A program made the position numbers and the translations under genes. This document shows, one piece after another, positions 26,668 through 36,707 of a stretch of DNA of 64,000 bases. The stretch is taken from NCBI GenBank assembly GCA_038230375.1, contig JBBRNJ010000015.1, positions 1 to 64,000 on the forward strand, in the 5' to 3' direction. Each line of letters starts with the position of its first letter. Position 1 is the stretch's first letter. Under the pieces are notes generated by a model. That model made no database searches, was not told where the DNA came from, and saw only the letters and a list, made by a program, of their open reading frames with translations. Origin of the DNA: Polyangiales bacterium. GTDB taxonomy: Bacteria > Myxococcota_A > Polyangia > Polyangiales > Polyangiaceae.

Positions 26668-29600
26668 TCAGGGGAGAAAGTCGATGGGACGGCGCATGAC
26701 GCCACCGCGCTGCACGTACTCCTCGAGGAACGCATCACGCGACAGCCGCTTGCCCAGCAGAGCCGGCGGCGAATGCGGAGATCTCGCGTCCGCGACGATC
26801 GAGAGCGCGATCGCGCGCAGGAGCCCGTCCGTGGCCGTCGTGGTGCCCGCGGTGGCGACCAGGACCTCCGACGCGGCATCGAGCGCGCGCGGCGTGACCG
26901 CGACCGCCTCTTCTCCGACGTCGCGATGGCGAGCGGCGGCGAGACGCGCGACCGCGGCGTCTCCCTTGTCCGCACGCTTCACCAGCGCGAGGGCCGCCTT
27001 TGCATCACCCTCCCGCAGCCTGGCAAAGGAGAGCGCCGCGGGCGTGGCCGTGCGCATTGGTTTCGGTGCGGGTGCCTTGCCCTTCTTGCACGCGCCAACG
27101 AGCGCATCGAAGTCCGCAGCGTTGTCCTTCTGCGGATTCAGCTTCGCGGCCTCCTTCGCATGCGTGAGCGCCTCCTTCGCGGCGCCACGGCGGAGCAGCG
27201 CCAGTGCCAGGTGATGATGGCCAAGACTCAGGAACGTCGGATCGTCCTTGCCCTTCACGATGAGCTCGCGCGCGGCGGCCTCACACTCCTCGTCCATGCC
27301 GAACGAACCTGCCGCGTCTGCCAGACCGTTCAGATACGTGAGGTCGACTGCAGCGGGGTCGAGCGCGCGCGCGCGCCTGATCGCGAAGAGCTTGGATTCG
27401 TCGTCTCCGGCGAACCAGGCCGATTTCGCCGCGTAGATGAAGAGCGTCGCGTTGTCGTAGAACAGCGACGCATAGCGATGGGCGGGCATCGACTCGGGGA
27501 ACTTTCGTGACGCCATGAGCTCGTGCGCCGTCCATGTGGGCGCGGCCTTCCGGTCGGCCAGGGCGAAGGCCGCAAGGGCCCCCGTGACGTCGCCCAGACG
27601 CGCGTAGGTCATGCCCAGGTTCTTCAGCGTGACTGCGTTGTTCGGGTCGAGCGCGTCGCACCATGCATAGCAGCGGCGCGCCTTCTCGAACTCACCTGCC
27701 TGCAAGGCCACGAGGCCGGCCGCCTGCGCCTCGTCGAAGTCGATCGGTACGTCCAGCTTGGAAGCCTTCCATGCTGCCGTGAGCCCGGCCACCTGAGCCT
27801 CCCGCCATGTCTTGCCGCCGCGGCCGAGATGCGCGACCAGCACGTCGAACGCCGTCGTCGCCGCACCGTGGGCAAACGCATGCTTCGCGATCGTGACGGC
27901 GAGTGCGGCGGCGGCCGGTACTGCCTGGAGCCCGACGAACGCCAGATCGACGACCATCTCGTCCGTCGCGAACTGCTCCGCCGCGTGCGCGAGGCGATAT
28001 CCGACGTTGGACGCGCAGCCCGCGCGCAGGCACCGCTCGTAGAGCGCGAGCGCCGCGCCGGGCTCCTTCGCTGCAATGCGGTCTGCATATGCGAGCTCGT
28101 AGCCGATCGTCAGATCTCCTCTCAGATGGGCAAGGACGGTCGGCAAGCCGCGCGTCAGGGGCTCGGTGCGACCGCACGCCTGCTCCTCGATGCGAAGCGC
28201 GCGCTCGACCATCAGAAGCCACGTGTCGAACGTCCATGGGTCGACGCCAGCACTCGCCTTCTCCAGCGCGACCAGCACTGCCGTGAGCTCCGCCGCCGCG
28301 AACTCCGAGGACGAACTGGCCTCGAGCGCGAGGGCCGCTGCCTGACGGTAGCCGCCCGCAAGAACGCTCGGCGCGTCAGTGGTGAGCGCGAGGTAACGAC
28401 ACGTGCATGATACAGCTATGTAGAGGAGCTCCTTGCCGCGCGCCGCCTCGACCTTGCCCAGCACGTCCCAGAAGGCCGTGACCAGCCGGTCCGCAGCCGC
28501 GAGCCCACCCTTGGCCGCGGGCTCCAGCGCGGCATCGAGGCGCTTCCGGGTCGCCGCCGCCTTCTTGCCGAAGAGCTCGCTGGCCAGAAGATCGAGCCAG
28601 GCCGGAGAGAACGAGCGACGCCCGCGAGCGCCCAGCGCGCTCATGATGACCTTGCTCTTCTCGGCGCCAGGGACGAAGTCTGCCGCGCTCCGGGCCGCGA
28701 GCCACGCGATACGCTTCGCGCCCCGCGACGACAGCGACTTGACCTGGTCCTCCCACGCGACCACGGTAATGGAGGCCCCCACGCGGAGAACGCGGTTCGC
28801 TTCCACCTCGAGCCCCTGCCGCCCGGCCCGAAGCTCCACGGTCGACAGCTCCGCGAGTGCGAGCGGCAGCTCTCCGCATGACATCGCCGCAAGCGCACCG
28901 GCAAGGCGCGCGACGGGATGGCGACGTGGCGACTCCGTGCGAGCGTGCGCGTACGCAAGGAGCGCGAGCTTCGGCTCACCCAGCTCGCAGAGCGTGTGCA
29001 CGACGTTCGCGATCTCCCCCGCCGTCGTCGGCAGGGCGAGTGAGTGACCCTCGAGCACGCGGCCCAGATCGCCGCGCGCTCTGCCTTCTCGCGCGTAGCA
29101 GTTTGTGAGGCGCTCGCTGAGCGTCTTCCATTCCGTGAGGATCCGCGTCTGGTTCGGCCATGACCCAGCCATGCCTTCCAGGACCTCGCCGCGCAGCGCG
29201 ATCGCTTCCTCCAGGCGGCCCGCATAGAAGTGTGCGCTCGACCGGGCCAGGTTCACGAATGTGACGTCTGGATTTCCGGTATTGAACCAGTCCGCGAACG
29301 GCCCCTCGCTTGCCTCCGCGCGCAATCGCTCTGCGAGCGCCAGCTGGTAGCCAGGGCGCACGAGCTCCGTCGCGGTCTCGAGCGCGCCCGTGATGTGACT
29401 GAACACGTTCGGCGCGACCGCGAGCGCACGCAGCGCCAACCTGTGGCCCGCTTCGAGCGCGCCCGCCTCGGACAGCGCGCGCCCGTAGAGCTCGAGGGCC
29501 TCGTCGTCGGCCGGGTCGAGCATCACGCACATCGCGAGCGCGTCGAGCGCGTCGTCGCCATCCGCGCCCTCGCCTCTCCATTGTCGGTACGCGGGAGCGA

Positions 29601-30228
29601 AGTTGCGCGCGAGCGCCACGATGCGCGCGAGTGGAGAGAAGTCCTTCGGTGTGGCGGGGCGCTCCTCTTCCAGGTAGCGCAGGAGCAGCGCCACTGGATC
29701 CCCGGGATCGCGCGCGAGCTCCGCGTTGTGGTCCACCGGGTCGGCGGGCGGGCCCCGGCGCGCCGCCGCGAGCCAGGCGTCCTTGCTCGCGCTTTCGAGC
29801 GGCGTTCTCATCGGACCCAGATCATGCGCGGTCCGCCACGACGCGAACGCGCCGTTGATAGAATCAGAAACAGAGCCGCCTGGCCCTTCGAAGACGCGGG
29901 TGTCGCCATCGGGGCTGCGCACGTGGAGCTTCGCGGGAACATCCGCCGCGAGATCGAGCTCGAGCCACATCACTGCATGGCGCCCGCCGTGGACGAACTC
30001 CGCGGCGATGATCTGCTCGACGTCAGGATGGTTGATCGTCCAGAGGTCCTTCGCCTCCGCGATGGCGAATGCATCGGGGTCTTTCATGGCAACGCGTGTG
30101 TCCGTCGCGAATGCGCGGAACACGGCCGCGTGAATCAGGTGCGCGAGCGGCGCCTCGATCGTGCGATCGGCCTTCGGCAACGTGAGCTGCGATGCGAGGA
30201 ACGTGATGCGATGCGGAAGATGGGTCAT
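26668..30228 (-). CDS. Large TPR/alpha-solenoid protein of unknown function (~1186 aa)
   Basis: Repeated TPR-like units (ALDPNNAVTLKNLGMTYARLG; ALAVAPN; AAKLNPQ); AAGGA SD before ATG 30228. Confidence 0.75.
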   Translation of the reverse strand: MTHLPHRITFLASQLTLPKADRTIEAPLAHLIHAAVFRAFATDTRVAMKDPDAFAIAEAKDLWTINHPDVEQIIAAEFVHGGRHAVMWLELDLAADVPAKLHVRSPDGDTRVFEGPGGSVSDSINGAFASWRTAHDLGPMRTPLESASKDAWLAAARRGPPADPVDHNAELARDPGDPVALLLRYLEEERPATPKDFSPLARIVALARNFAPAYRQWRGEGADGDDALDALAMCVMLDPADDEALELYGRALSEAGALEAGHRLALRALAVAPNVFSHITGALETATELVRPGYQLALAERLRAEASEGPFADWFNTGNPDVTFVNLARSSAHFYAGRLEEAIALRGEVLEGMAGSWPNQTRILTEWKTLSERLTNCYAREGRARGDLGRVLEGHSLALPTTAGEIANVVHTLCELGEPKLALLAYAHARTESPRRHPVARLAGALAAMSCGELPLALAELSTVELRAGRQGLEVEANRVLRVGASITVVAWEDQVKSLSSRGAKRIAWLAARSAADFVPGAEKSKVIMSALGARGRRSFSPAWLDLLASELFGKKAAATRKRLDAALEPAAKGGLAAADRLVTAFWDVLGKVEAARGKELLYIAVSCTCRYLALTTDAPSVLAGGYRQAAALALEASSSSEFAAAELTAVLVALEKASAGVDPWTFDTWLLMVERALRIEEQACGRTEPLTRGLPTVLAHLRGDLTIGYELAYADRIAAKEPGAALALYERCLRAGCASNVGYRLAHAAEQFATDEMVVDLAFVGLQAVPAAAALAVTIAKHAFAHGAATTAFDVLVAHLGRGGKTWREAQVAGLTAAWKASKLDVPIDFDEAQAAGLVALQAGEFEKARRCYAWCDALDPNNAVTLKNLGMTYARLGDVTGALAAFALADRKAAPTWTAHELMASRKFPESMPAHRYASLFYDNATLFIYAAKSAWFAGDDESKLFAIRRARALDPAAVDLTYLNGLADAAGSFGMDEECEAAARELIVKGKDDPTFLSLGHHHLALALLRRGAAKEALTHAKEAAKLNPQKDNAADFDALVGACKKGKAPAPKPMRTATPAALSFARLREGDAKAALALVKRADKGDAAVARLAAARHRDVGEEAVAVTPRALDAASEVLVATAGTTTATDGLLRAIALSIVADARSPHSPPALLGKRLSRDAFLEEYVQRGGVMRRPIDFLP

Positions 30229-31751
30229 GGCGTTTCCTTGGACGTGGGGCGACACATGGTACGAAGGAGCGCGACGTCACGTCGGACGACCGCGGTGAGC
30301 AATGGGTGGCGCGCAGGCTCGTGCTGGGCGCGATGCAGCTCGTCCGGGCCTGGAAATTCCTGGGTCCCGCGATCCACGGGTCGAGCGACGGGGTGCGCGG
30401 CCGCAAGGCACGCACGGGCCATGTCATCGTGGCCAAGGAGCGATTGCGCGAGCGCCTCGCCCGCAGCGCTCTCGACGGTGGGCAGGCGAATTCTCTCCAC
30501 CATGCGCAGGGCGCGGTCCGGAAGAGCGTGCTGGGCGAAGGACCAGACGGCATGCGACTGGGCGGACCGCTCCACCGCCAGCTTCTCGGCCTCGTCGGCG
30601 CGGCCGAGCGTGAGCAGCGCGTCGATCGCGGGAGCTGTGAGCTCCGGCATGCGGTCGAAGGCGCGCGGTACGGCCTCCGTGGCGAGGACAAGCTCCTTTC
30701 CCGCCTCTTCGCGCGCGCACCACGCGCACGCGAGCCAGAGGTCGTGGAGCTCGTCCTCGGAGAACGGCTCGAGCGCAGCACGGGTGCGAAACAAGCACGC
30801 TGCCTCTGCCGCGGCCTTCGCGCGCGCCTCCGCAGGCATCACTCCGAGCGAGCGCGCCACGGGCAGGGCGCGGGCCACCGGCAGCACGCCCGGATGGTCC
30901 AGATGCCACGCAGCGCGCGCCGCCCACGTCCGCATCATGGGCATGGAGGCGAGCCATGCCTCCACGGCGCCGCGCGCCGCGCGCTCATCCACAGCCAGCG
31001 CCGCGAGCAACGCCTCCGCACGCGCAGCGAGCGGCGCTTTCTGCGCATAGGCGACGAGCACCGGCGCCGCGTCTGCGCCGAGCACGTGGGCAACGAGCCC
31101 GCAGATCCGTGGCGCATGCGCGGACGAGATCTCGGGCAGACCCGCCAGCAGCTTCTCCGCGAGCCCCCGGGTCGCAAACGCATCCGCCGCAGCTGCCGCA
31201 GCTGCCACGGGCGCAGCCAGGAGCGCGCTCGTGAGCACGGGTGAGCTCACGTGCAGGAGCGCGCGACGCAGGCGCGGAAGCTCATCGATCATTCCACGCT
31301 CGAACGCCTGCGTGAGCGCGCCATCTGCCGCGGCTTGCGCCTCCTCGCTCCACCGAAAGGCTTCGTCGCGCACGCCCAGCTGCCGCGCGCCGAGTCGCGT
31401 GGCCGCGCTGTCGCGGAGGCCGATGTCTTCGTGGGGGTCGAGCAGGATCTCCGCGAGCCGCGTCACGACGGGGAGCGTGGGAAAATCGGCGAGCAGCTCG
31501 CACGCCGCCGTGCGAATCCGGGGATGAAGCGAGCGGTCGGTGAGCGACAGCCCGAAGTCCGCCATGCGCGGGAACCTGCACCAGCCGAGCGGCTCGAGCG
31601 AGAGCGCGTCGCGCCAGTTGTTCCGCCTCCAGTACTCAGGCGGCTCCCCGCGGCCGTCGCCTGCGAGCCCGAGGACCTCGGTCCATTTCCAATGCGCGCC
31701 AGGCGACAGATCCGCCTCACGAAGCAGGCGCGCGTGCTCTCCCCCATCCAT
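30225..31751 (-). CDS. HEAT/TPR-like helical protein of unknown function
   Basis: RTAACELLA, RDSAATRLG HEAT-like segments; Ala/Leu-rich; ATGA overlap with the TPR gene. Confidence 0.6.
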   Translation of the reverse strand: MDGGEHARLLREADLSPGAHWKWTEVLGLAGDGRGEPPEYWRRNNWRDALSLEPLGWCRFPRMADFGLSLTDRSLHPRIRTAACELLADFPTLPVVTRLAEILLDPHEDIGLRDSAATRLGARQLGVRDEAFRWSEEAQAAADGALTQAFERGMIDELPRLRRALLHVSSPVLTSALLAAPVAAAAAAADAFATRGLAEKLLAGLPEISSAHAPRICGLVAHVLGADAAPVLVAYAQKAPLAARAEALLAALAVDERAARGAVEAWLASMPMMRTWAARAAWHLDHPGVLPVARALPVARSLGVMPAEARAKAAAEAACLFRTRAALEPFSEDELHDLWLACAWCAREEAGKELVLATEAVPRAFDRMPELTAPAIDALLTLGRADEAEKLAVERSAQSHAVWSFAQHALPDRALRMVERIRLPTVESAAGEALAQSLLGHDDMARACLAAAHPVARPVDRGTQEFPGPDELHRAQHEPARHPLLTAVVRRDVALLRTMCRPTSKETP

Positions 31752-31813
31752 GAACGCGATCGTTCGCGCGTGACCGTCCCGTGTCAACGCCCCCGGAGCT
31801 GCTCATGCTGCAT

Positions 31814-33031
31814 TCACGGAAGATCGAGCTCGTGGCCCAGCACGCTGGTCAGCGTTCCGCACATCGAACGCGTCATCATCCGCCGCATCCATGGAACGCG
31901 CATCATCATCGGCATACCGAGATCGCGCAGGATGCCGAACCACGGCTCGTCGCCCTGGAAGAACGGCGTGAGCAGGCGCGTGGCCCACGAGTAGAACTGC
32001 AGATGCGAGCGCCGACTCCGCGAGTAGGCGTCCAGCGCGTCCGGCAGATAGGTGTATGTTGCAACTTTCTCCGCGAGCACCATCGCATCCATCAGAGCCA
32101 GGTTGCATCCCTGGCCCAGCTGCGGACTCATCGCATGCGCTGCGTCACCGATGTAGACCACGTTGCCCGTGTTCCACGGGTACATCGTGACGTCGTGGTA
32201 CTGCGTGAATACGATCTGGTCCATGGGCGGTAGCTGCGCGAGCACGGGCTCCGCCGTTGGGGAGAGCCGCGCGTACTCGTCCTGAAAAGCGGCGAGACCG
32301 CGCGCACGAATGCGTGCGACCTCCGTTGCGCGCACGCTGACGAAGAGGCTCACGTGCGCACCGTCCTCGCCCACGCTCAGCGGGCCCTTTCCCGTCGGCA
32401 GCAGGCCAATCATGCGCTGGTTCCCGTCCACTACCTGGTGGAGCACCTTCGACAGCTCGCCCGAGGGATCCTTGCCCACGAACCAGAGCGCGCCCCACGG
32501 ATACTGCGCAACGTGCTTCGGGATCACGGTCTCGTCGCGCAGCTGGCTCCGCGCGCCGTCCGCCACGATCACGAGCTGGTGGATGCCGAGCGGCCGCCCG
32601 TCCGCGTCCATGATCGCGAGCCTGGCCTTGCCACGCGGGGGCCGAACCAGATCCTCGCACGTGGCGCCCAGCACGAAGCGCGCGCCGGCCTCGCGTGCGG
32701 CGCGATAGACCGCCTCGAAGATCACGCCCCGATGGATGCCCAGGCCAAAGGCTGGCGCAGAGGCGTCGTCGTAGGAGAGAGAGAGCAGCGTGCGGCCCGT
32801 GCCGGTGGTGCAGAGCAGCGTCTTGAACGGCGCCCCGCGCGCGATGACCTCGTCGGCCACGCCGAGCGCGCGCAAGACGGCCAGCCCCGAAGGTTGCAGC
32901 GTGATGCCTGCGCCCACGGGGCCTGGATTCGCAACGCGCTCGTAGACGGTGACGGCATGGCCTTGCCGCGCCAGGAAGGCGGCCGCGGCACAACCAGCGG
33001 TGCCACCACCGACCACCCCGACATCGAGCAT
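31814..33031 (-). CDS. FAD-dependent monooxygenase (group A, UbiH/salicylate hydroxylase-like)
   Basis: GGGTAG Rossmann motif, [24 protein letters not shown]. Confidence 0.9.
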   Translation of the reverse strand: MLDVGVVGGGTAGCAAAAFLARQGHAVTVYERVANPGPVGAGITLQPSGLAVLRALGVADEVIARGAPFKTLLCTTGTGRTLLSLSYDDASAPAFGLGIHRGVIFEAVYRAAREAGARFVLGATCEDLVRPPRGKARLAIMDADGRPLGIHQLVIVADGARSQLRDETVIPKHVAQYPWGALWFVGKDPSGELSKVLHQVVDGNQRMIGLLPTGKGPLSVGEDGAHVSLFVSVRATEVARIRARGLAAFQDEYARLSPTAEPVLAQLPPMDQIVFTQYHDVTMYPWNTGNVVYIGDAAHAMSPQLGQGCNLALMDAMVLAEKVATYTYLPDALDAYSRSRRSHLQFYSWATRLLTPFFQGDEPWFGILRDLGMPMMMRVPWMRRMMTRSMCGTLTSVLGHELDLP

Positions 33032-33041
33032 CTCGTTCTTC

Positions 33042-34211
33042 TTACTTCACGGATTCGAAGAGACCAGCAGCGCCCTGGCCGCCGCCGATGCACATCGTCA
33101 CGATGGCGTACTTGCCGCCGCGACGACGGAGCTCGTGCAGCGCGGTCGCAACGAGCTTGGAGCCCGTGCAGCCGAGCGGGTGGCCGAGCGCGATTGCGCC
33201 GCCGTTCACGTTGAGGCGATCCTCCGGGAGACCGAGCTCCTTCCTGCAATAGACGGACTGGCTCGCAAACGCCTCGTTCATCTCGAAGAGATCGATGTCC
33301 TTGATGGAGAGGCCCGTCTGCTTGAGGAGCTTCTGCACGGCCGGGAGCGGGCCGATGCCCATGATCGCCGGATCCACGCCCACCGTCGCGAACGCCTTGA
33401 AGAGGCCAAGAGGCTTCTTTCCAAGCTTCTCGGCCTTCGCGCGCGTCGTCATGAGCGTGGCGGCGGCGCCATCGGAGAGCGGCGACGAGTTGCCCGCAGT
33501 GACCGAGCCCTTCATCGTGAACACCGGCTTGAGGCCAGCGAGCCCCTCCATCGTGGTGTCAGGGCGAATGAGCTCGTCCTGGCTGAACGTGAAGGTCACC
33601 TTCTCGTTGCCGTTGTACTTGATGGCGGTGACCGGGACGATCTCCTGGTCGAACTTCTTCGACTCGCGCGCGGCGGCAGCCTTCTTGTGGCTCTCGAACG
33701 CGAACTTGTCCTGCTCCTCGCGCGAGACGTTGAACTTGTTCGCGACGTTCTCCGCCGTGATGCCCATGGGCGTGTAGACGCTGGCCGCACGCTCCATGGC
33801 CTCGGGCGAGGCAGAGAGCTTGTTCCCCGTCATGGGCACCATGCTCATGGACTCCACCCCGCCAGCGATCACCATCTCGTAGCTGCCAATGGCGAGCGCA
33901 CCGGCCGCCATCGCGATCGACTGCAGCCCTGAGGCGCAGAAGCGATTGATGGTCACGCCGCCCGAAGCCTGATCGAGCCCGCCGAGCAGCCCGACGATGC
34001 GCGCAACGTTCAAGCCCTGCTCACCCTCCGGCATCGCACAGCCAAGAACGAGGTCCTCGATGTCAGCGACCTTCACCTCGGGATTGCGAGCCAGCAGCCC
34101 ACGAATCACCTCGGCAGCGAGCTCATCGGGCCGCTTCTGAGCGAGCGACCCCTTGATGGCGCGCCCCACCGCCGACCGAACCGCATCCAGAATCACAATG
34201 TCGTTTTGCAT
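33042..34211 (-). CDS. fadA: Acetyl-CoA C-acyltransferase (3-ketoacyl-CoA thiolase)
   Basis: [25 protein letters not shown]. Confidence 0.95.
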   Translation of the reverse strand: MQNDIVILDAVRSAVGRAIKGSLAQKRPDELAAEVIRGLLARNPEVKVADIEDLVLGCAMPEGEQGLNVARIVGLLGGLDQASGGVTINRFCASGLQSIAMAAGALAIGSYEMVIAGGVESMSMVPMTGNKLSASPEAMERAASVYTPMGITAENVANKFNVSREEQDKFAFESHKKAAAARESKKFDQEIVPVTAIKYNGNEKVTFTFSQDELIRPDTTMEGLAGLKPVFTMKGSVTAGNSSPLSDGAAATLMTTRAKAEKLGKKPLGLFKAFATVGVDPAIMGIGPLPAVQKLLKQTGLSIKDIDLFEMNEAFASQSVYCRKELGLPEDRLNVNGGAIALGHPLGCTGSKLVATALHELRRRGGKYAIVTMCIGGGQGAAGLFESVK

Positions 34212-34277
34212 GACAACCTCTCTCAAAACTTTGAAAATTGAGGCGCTCTCGTGTGGCGCGCCGGTGCCAGCGAAACT

Positions 34278-36653
34278 TCAGTTCCGCAAAGGCTTGTTGT
34301 TCATCAGCATGAACTGCATTCGCTCCTGTGACTTTGCTTCGCCGCAGAGGCTCACGAAGGCCTCGGCCTCGAGCTCCAGGATCTGATCCTCGGTGACCTC
34401 GCGGGCCGCGCCGCCCTTGCCTCCGCAGAGGACCTCGGCCAGCTTCGTGGCGATCTTTCCGTCGTGCTCGCTGGCGTAGCCGCCCGCGACCAGTGTCTGC
34501 ACCATCATGGTGAGCGTGGCGATGCCGCTCTCACCGGGCAGTACGTAGGCCTTCGGCGTGTGCGGGTGGTAGCCCGCCGCAGCCAGGCCGATCGCGCGCG
34601 CCTTCGCCTCCTGGACGACGCGCGCCCTGTCGAAGCTCACGCCGTCCGTCTTGCGGAAATAGCCGAACGCTTTTCCTTCCTCTGCGCTGGTCGCCACCTT
34701 CGCGAGCGCGATGTTCTTGAACGTCTGCGTCACGTACTCGTACGTGTTGACGTTCGCGCCCTCGGGGATGCCCTCCAGGTTGCGCCACAGCATGTTCATG
34801 GTGCCCGCGCCGCCAGGGATGAGACCCACCGCGACCTCCACCAGGCCGGAGTACGTCTCTGCCGCCGCCTGCACCGCGTCCGAGCCCATGCAGAGCTCGA
34901 GACCGCCGCCGAGCGTCATGCCATACGGCGCTGCCACCACCGGGATGCGCGCGTACTTCAGGCGCTGCACCGCGCTCTGATAGCCCTTCACCATCGACGT
35001 GATCTGGCCCCACTCCTTCTGCCCGGCCGCCATGACCACCAGGAAGAGGTTCGCGCCCACGCAGAAGTGCTCGCCGGAGTTGGCGATCACCATGCCGCGG
35101 AAATCCTTCTCTGCGCGGTCGGCCGCGTCGCCGAGCATCTTGATGACGTCCGGATCGATGCTGTTCGCCTTCGTCTTGAACGTGAGCCCAAGGATGCCGT
35201 CGCCCAGATCCCAGGCCTCCGCGCCGTCGTTCTTGAGGACGGGCGCATTGCCCTTCTTCAGGATGTCGAACGTGGCGTAGCGCGCATCCGTCGGGCGGAC
35301 CTGGTACTCCGCCTTCGCCAGGTTCCAGACCTTGTCGCCGTCGTAGAAGGATTTCGCACCCTTCTCGCGCATGGTCTTGATGGCGGCGGGGACGCTGATG
35401 CCGTCCTTCTCCATGCGCTCGAGCGTGGTCGTGAAGCCGAGCGCATCCCAGGTCTCGAACGGTCCGAGCTCCCAGTTGTAACCCCACTTCATGGCCTCAT
35501 CGACCGCGAACACGTCGTCGGCGATCTCGCCGGTGCTGATGCGGCGCGCCGAGTATGCGAGCGACTTCGAGAGCACCTTCCACGCGAACTCGCCCACCTT
35601 CGTGGTGTCGGCGACGAGCTTGCGAACGCGCTCCTTCGGGTCCTCCACCTTGGCAAGGCCCTTGGTGGTGTTCTTGATCGTCTCGTCACCACCCTTGGGG
35701 CGGTAGTCGTTCTTCACCGGGTCGTAGGTGAACATGTCCTTCTTGGACTCGCCGCGCTTGTAGAAGCCGGCCTTGGTCTTGTCACCGAGCAGCTTCTTTT
35801 CCGCCATGGTGCGGATGAACTGCGGCACCTTGAAGGACTCGCGCTCCTCGTCGTCCGGGAGCGCGGCGTAGCAGTTGTCCGCCACGTGGATGAACGTATC
35901 AAGGCCGACGATGTCCGCGGTGCGGAAGCTCGCGCTCTTCGGGTGCGCCATGGGCGTGCCCGTGATGTTGTCCACGTCCTCGGGCGACATGCCATCCGCG
36001 ATCATCTGATGAATGGTGCTCATCATGGCGTGGATGCCGATACGGTTGCCCACGAAGTTCGGCGTGTCCTTGCCGTACACGATGCCCTTGCCGAGCACGT
36101 CCTCACCGAACTTCGCGACCTGCGCGAGCGTGGCCTTGTCCGTGTCCGGGCCGGCCACGAGCTCGAGGAGCTTCATGTAGCGAACGGGGTTGAAGAAGTG
36201 CATGACCAGGAAGTTCTTCTTGAACGCCGCGCCGCGGCCCTTGAGCATGTCCTCGATCCGCAGGCCCGAGGTGTTCGACGCGACGATCGCGTGCGCGGGG
36301 ACGAGCTTCTCGAGCTTCTCGAAGAGGGCGACCTTCACGTCGATGCGCTCGAGCACGGCCTCGATCACGAGATCGCACTCGGCGGCCTTGCCGAGATCGT
36401 CCTCGGTGTTGCCCACCGTGATCAGGTTCGCATTCGACTTGTGGAAGAACGCAGCCGGGCGCGCCTTCAGGGCCTTCTCGAGGCCGCCCGCGGCGAAGCG
36501 GTTTCGCGCGGCGCGGTCCTTCTTCTCGACGTCTGTCAGGTTGGGCGGGACGATGTCCAGCAGGTAGACCTTGAGCCCTGCGTTCGCGAAGTGGGCAGCG
36601 ATCCCCTGCCCCATCACGCCCGCGCCAATCACACACGTCGTTCGGATCTGCAT
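34278..36653 (-). CDS. fadN: 3-hydroxyacyl-CoA dehydrogenase / enoyl-CoA hydratase fusion (FadN-type)
   Basis: GAGVMG, SNTSG, HFFNP, C-terminal crotonase (GANL, GGGLE, GLVE..GLIPG), KPLRN end. Confidence 0.93.
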   Translation of the reverse strand: MQIRTTCVIGAGVMGQGIAAHFANAGLKVYLLDIVPPNLTDVEKKDRAARNRFAAGGLEKALKARPAAFFHKSNANLITVGNTEDDLGKAAECDLVIEAVLERIDVKVALFEKLEKLVPAHAIVASNTSGLRIEDMLKGRGAAFKKNFLVMHFFNPVRYMKLLELVAGPDTDKATLAQVAKFGEDVLGKGIVYGKDTPNFVGNRIGIHAMMSTIHQMIADGMSPEDVDNITGTPMAHPKSASFRTADIVGLDTFIHVADNCYAALPDDEERESFKVPQFIRTMAEKKLLGDKTKAGFYKRGESKKDMFTYDPVKNDYRPKGGDETIKNTTKGLAKVEDPKERVRKLVADTTKVGEFAWKVLSKSLAYSARRISTGEIADDVFAVDEAMKWGYNWELGPFETWDALGFTTTLERMEKDGISVPAAIKTMREKGAKSFYDGDKVWNLAKAEYQVRPTDARYATFDILKKGNAPVLKNDGAEAWDLGDGILGLTFKTKANSIDPDVIKMLGDAADRAEKDFRGMVIANSGEHFCVGANLFLVVMAAGQKEWGQITSMVKGYQSAVQRLKYARIPVVAAPYGMTLGGGLELCMGSDAVQAAAETYSGLVEVAVGLIPGGAGTMNMLWRNLEGIPEGANVNTYEYVTQTFKNIALAKVATSAEEGKAFGYFRKTDGVSFDRARVVQEAKARAIGLAAAGYHPHTPKAYVLPGESGIATLTMMVQTLVAGGYASEHDGKIATKLAEVLCGGKGGAAREVTEDQILELEAEAFVSLCGEAKSQERMQFMLMNNKPLRN

Positions 36654-36707
36654 GGCGGCAGATCTAGTGCCTTTCCGGGCCCGCGGGAACAGGGAGCGGG
36701 CCGAATT

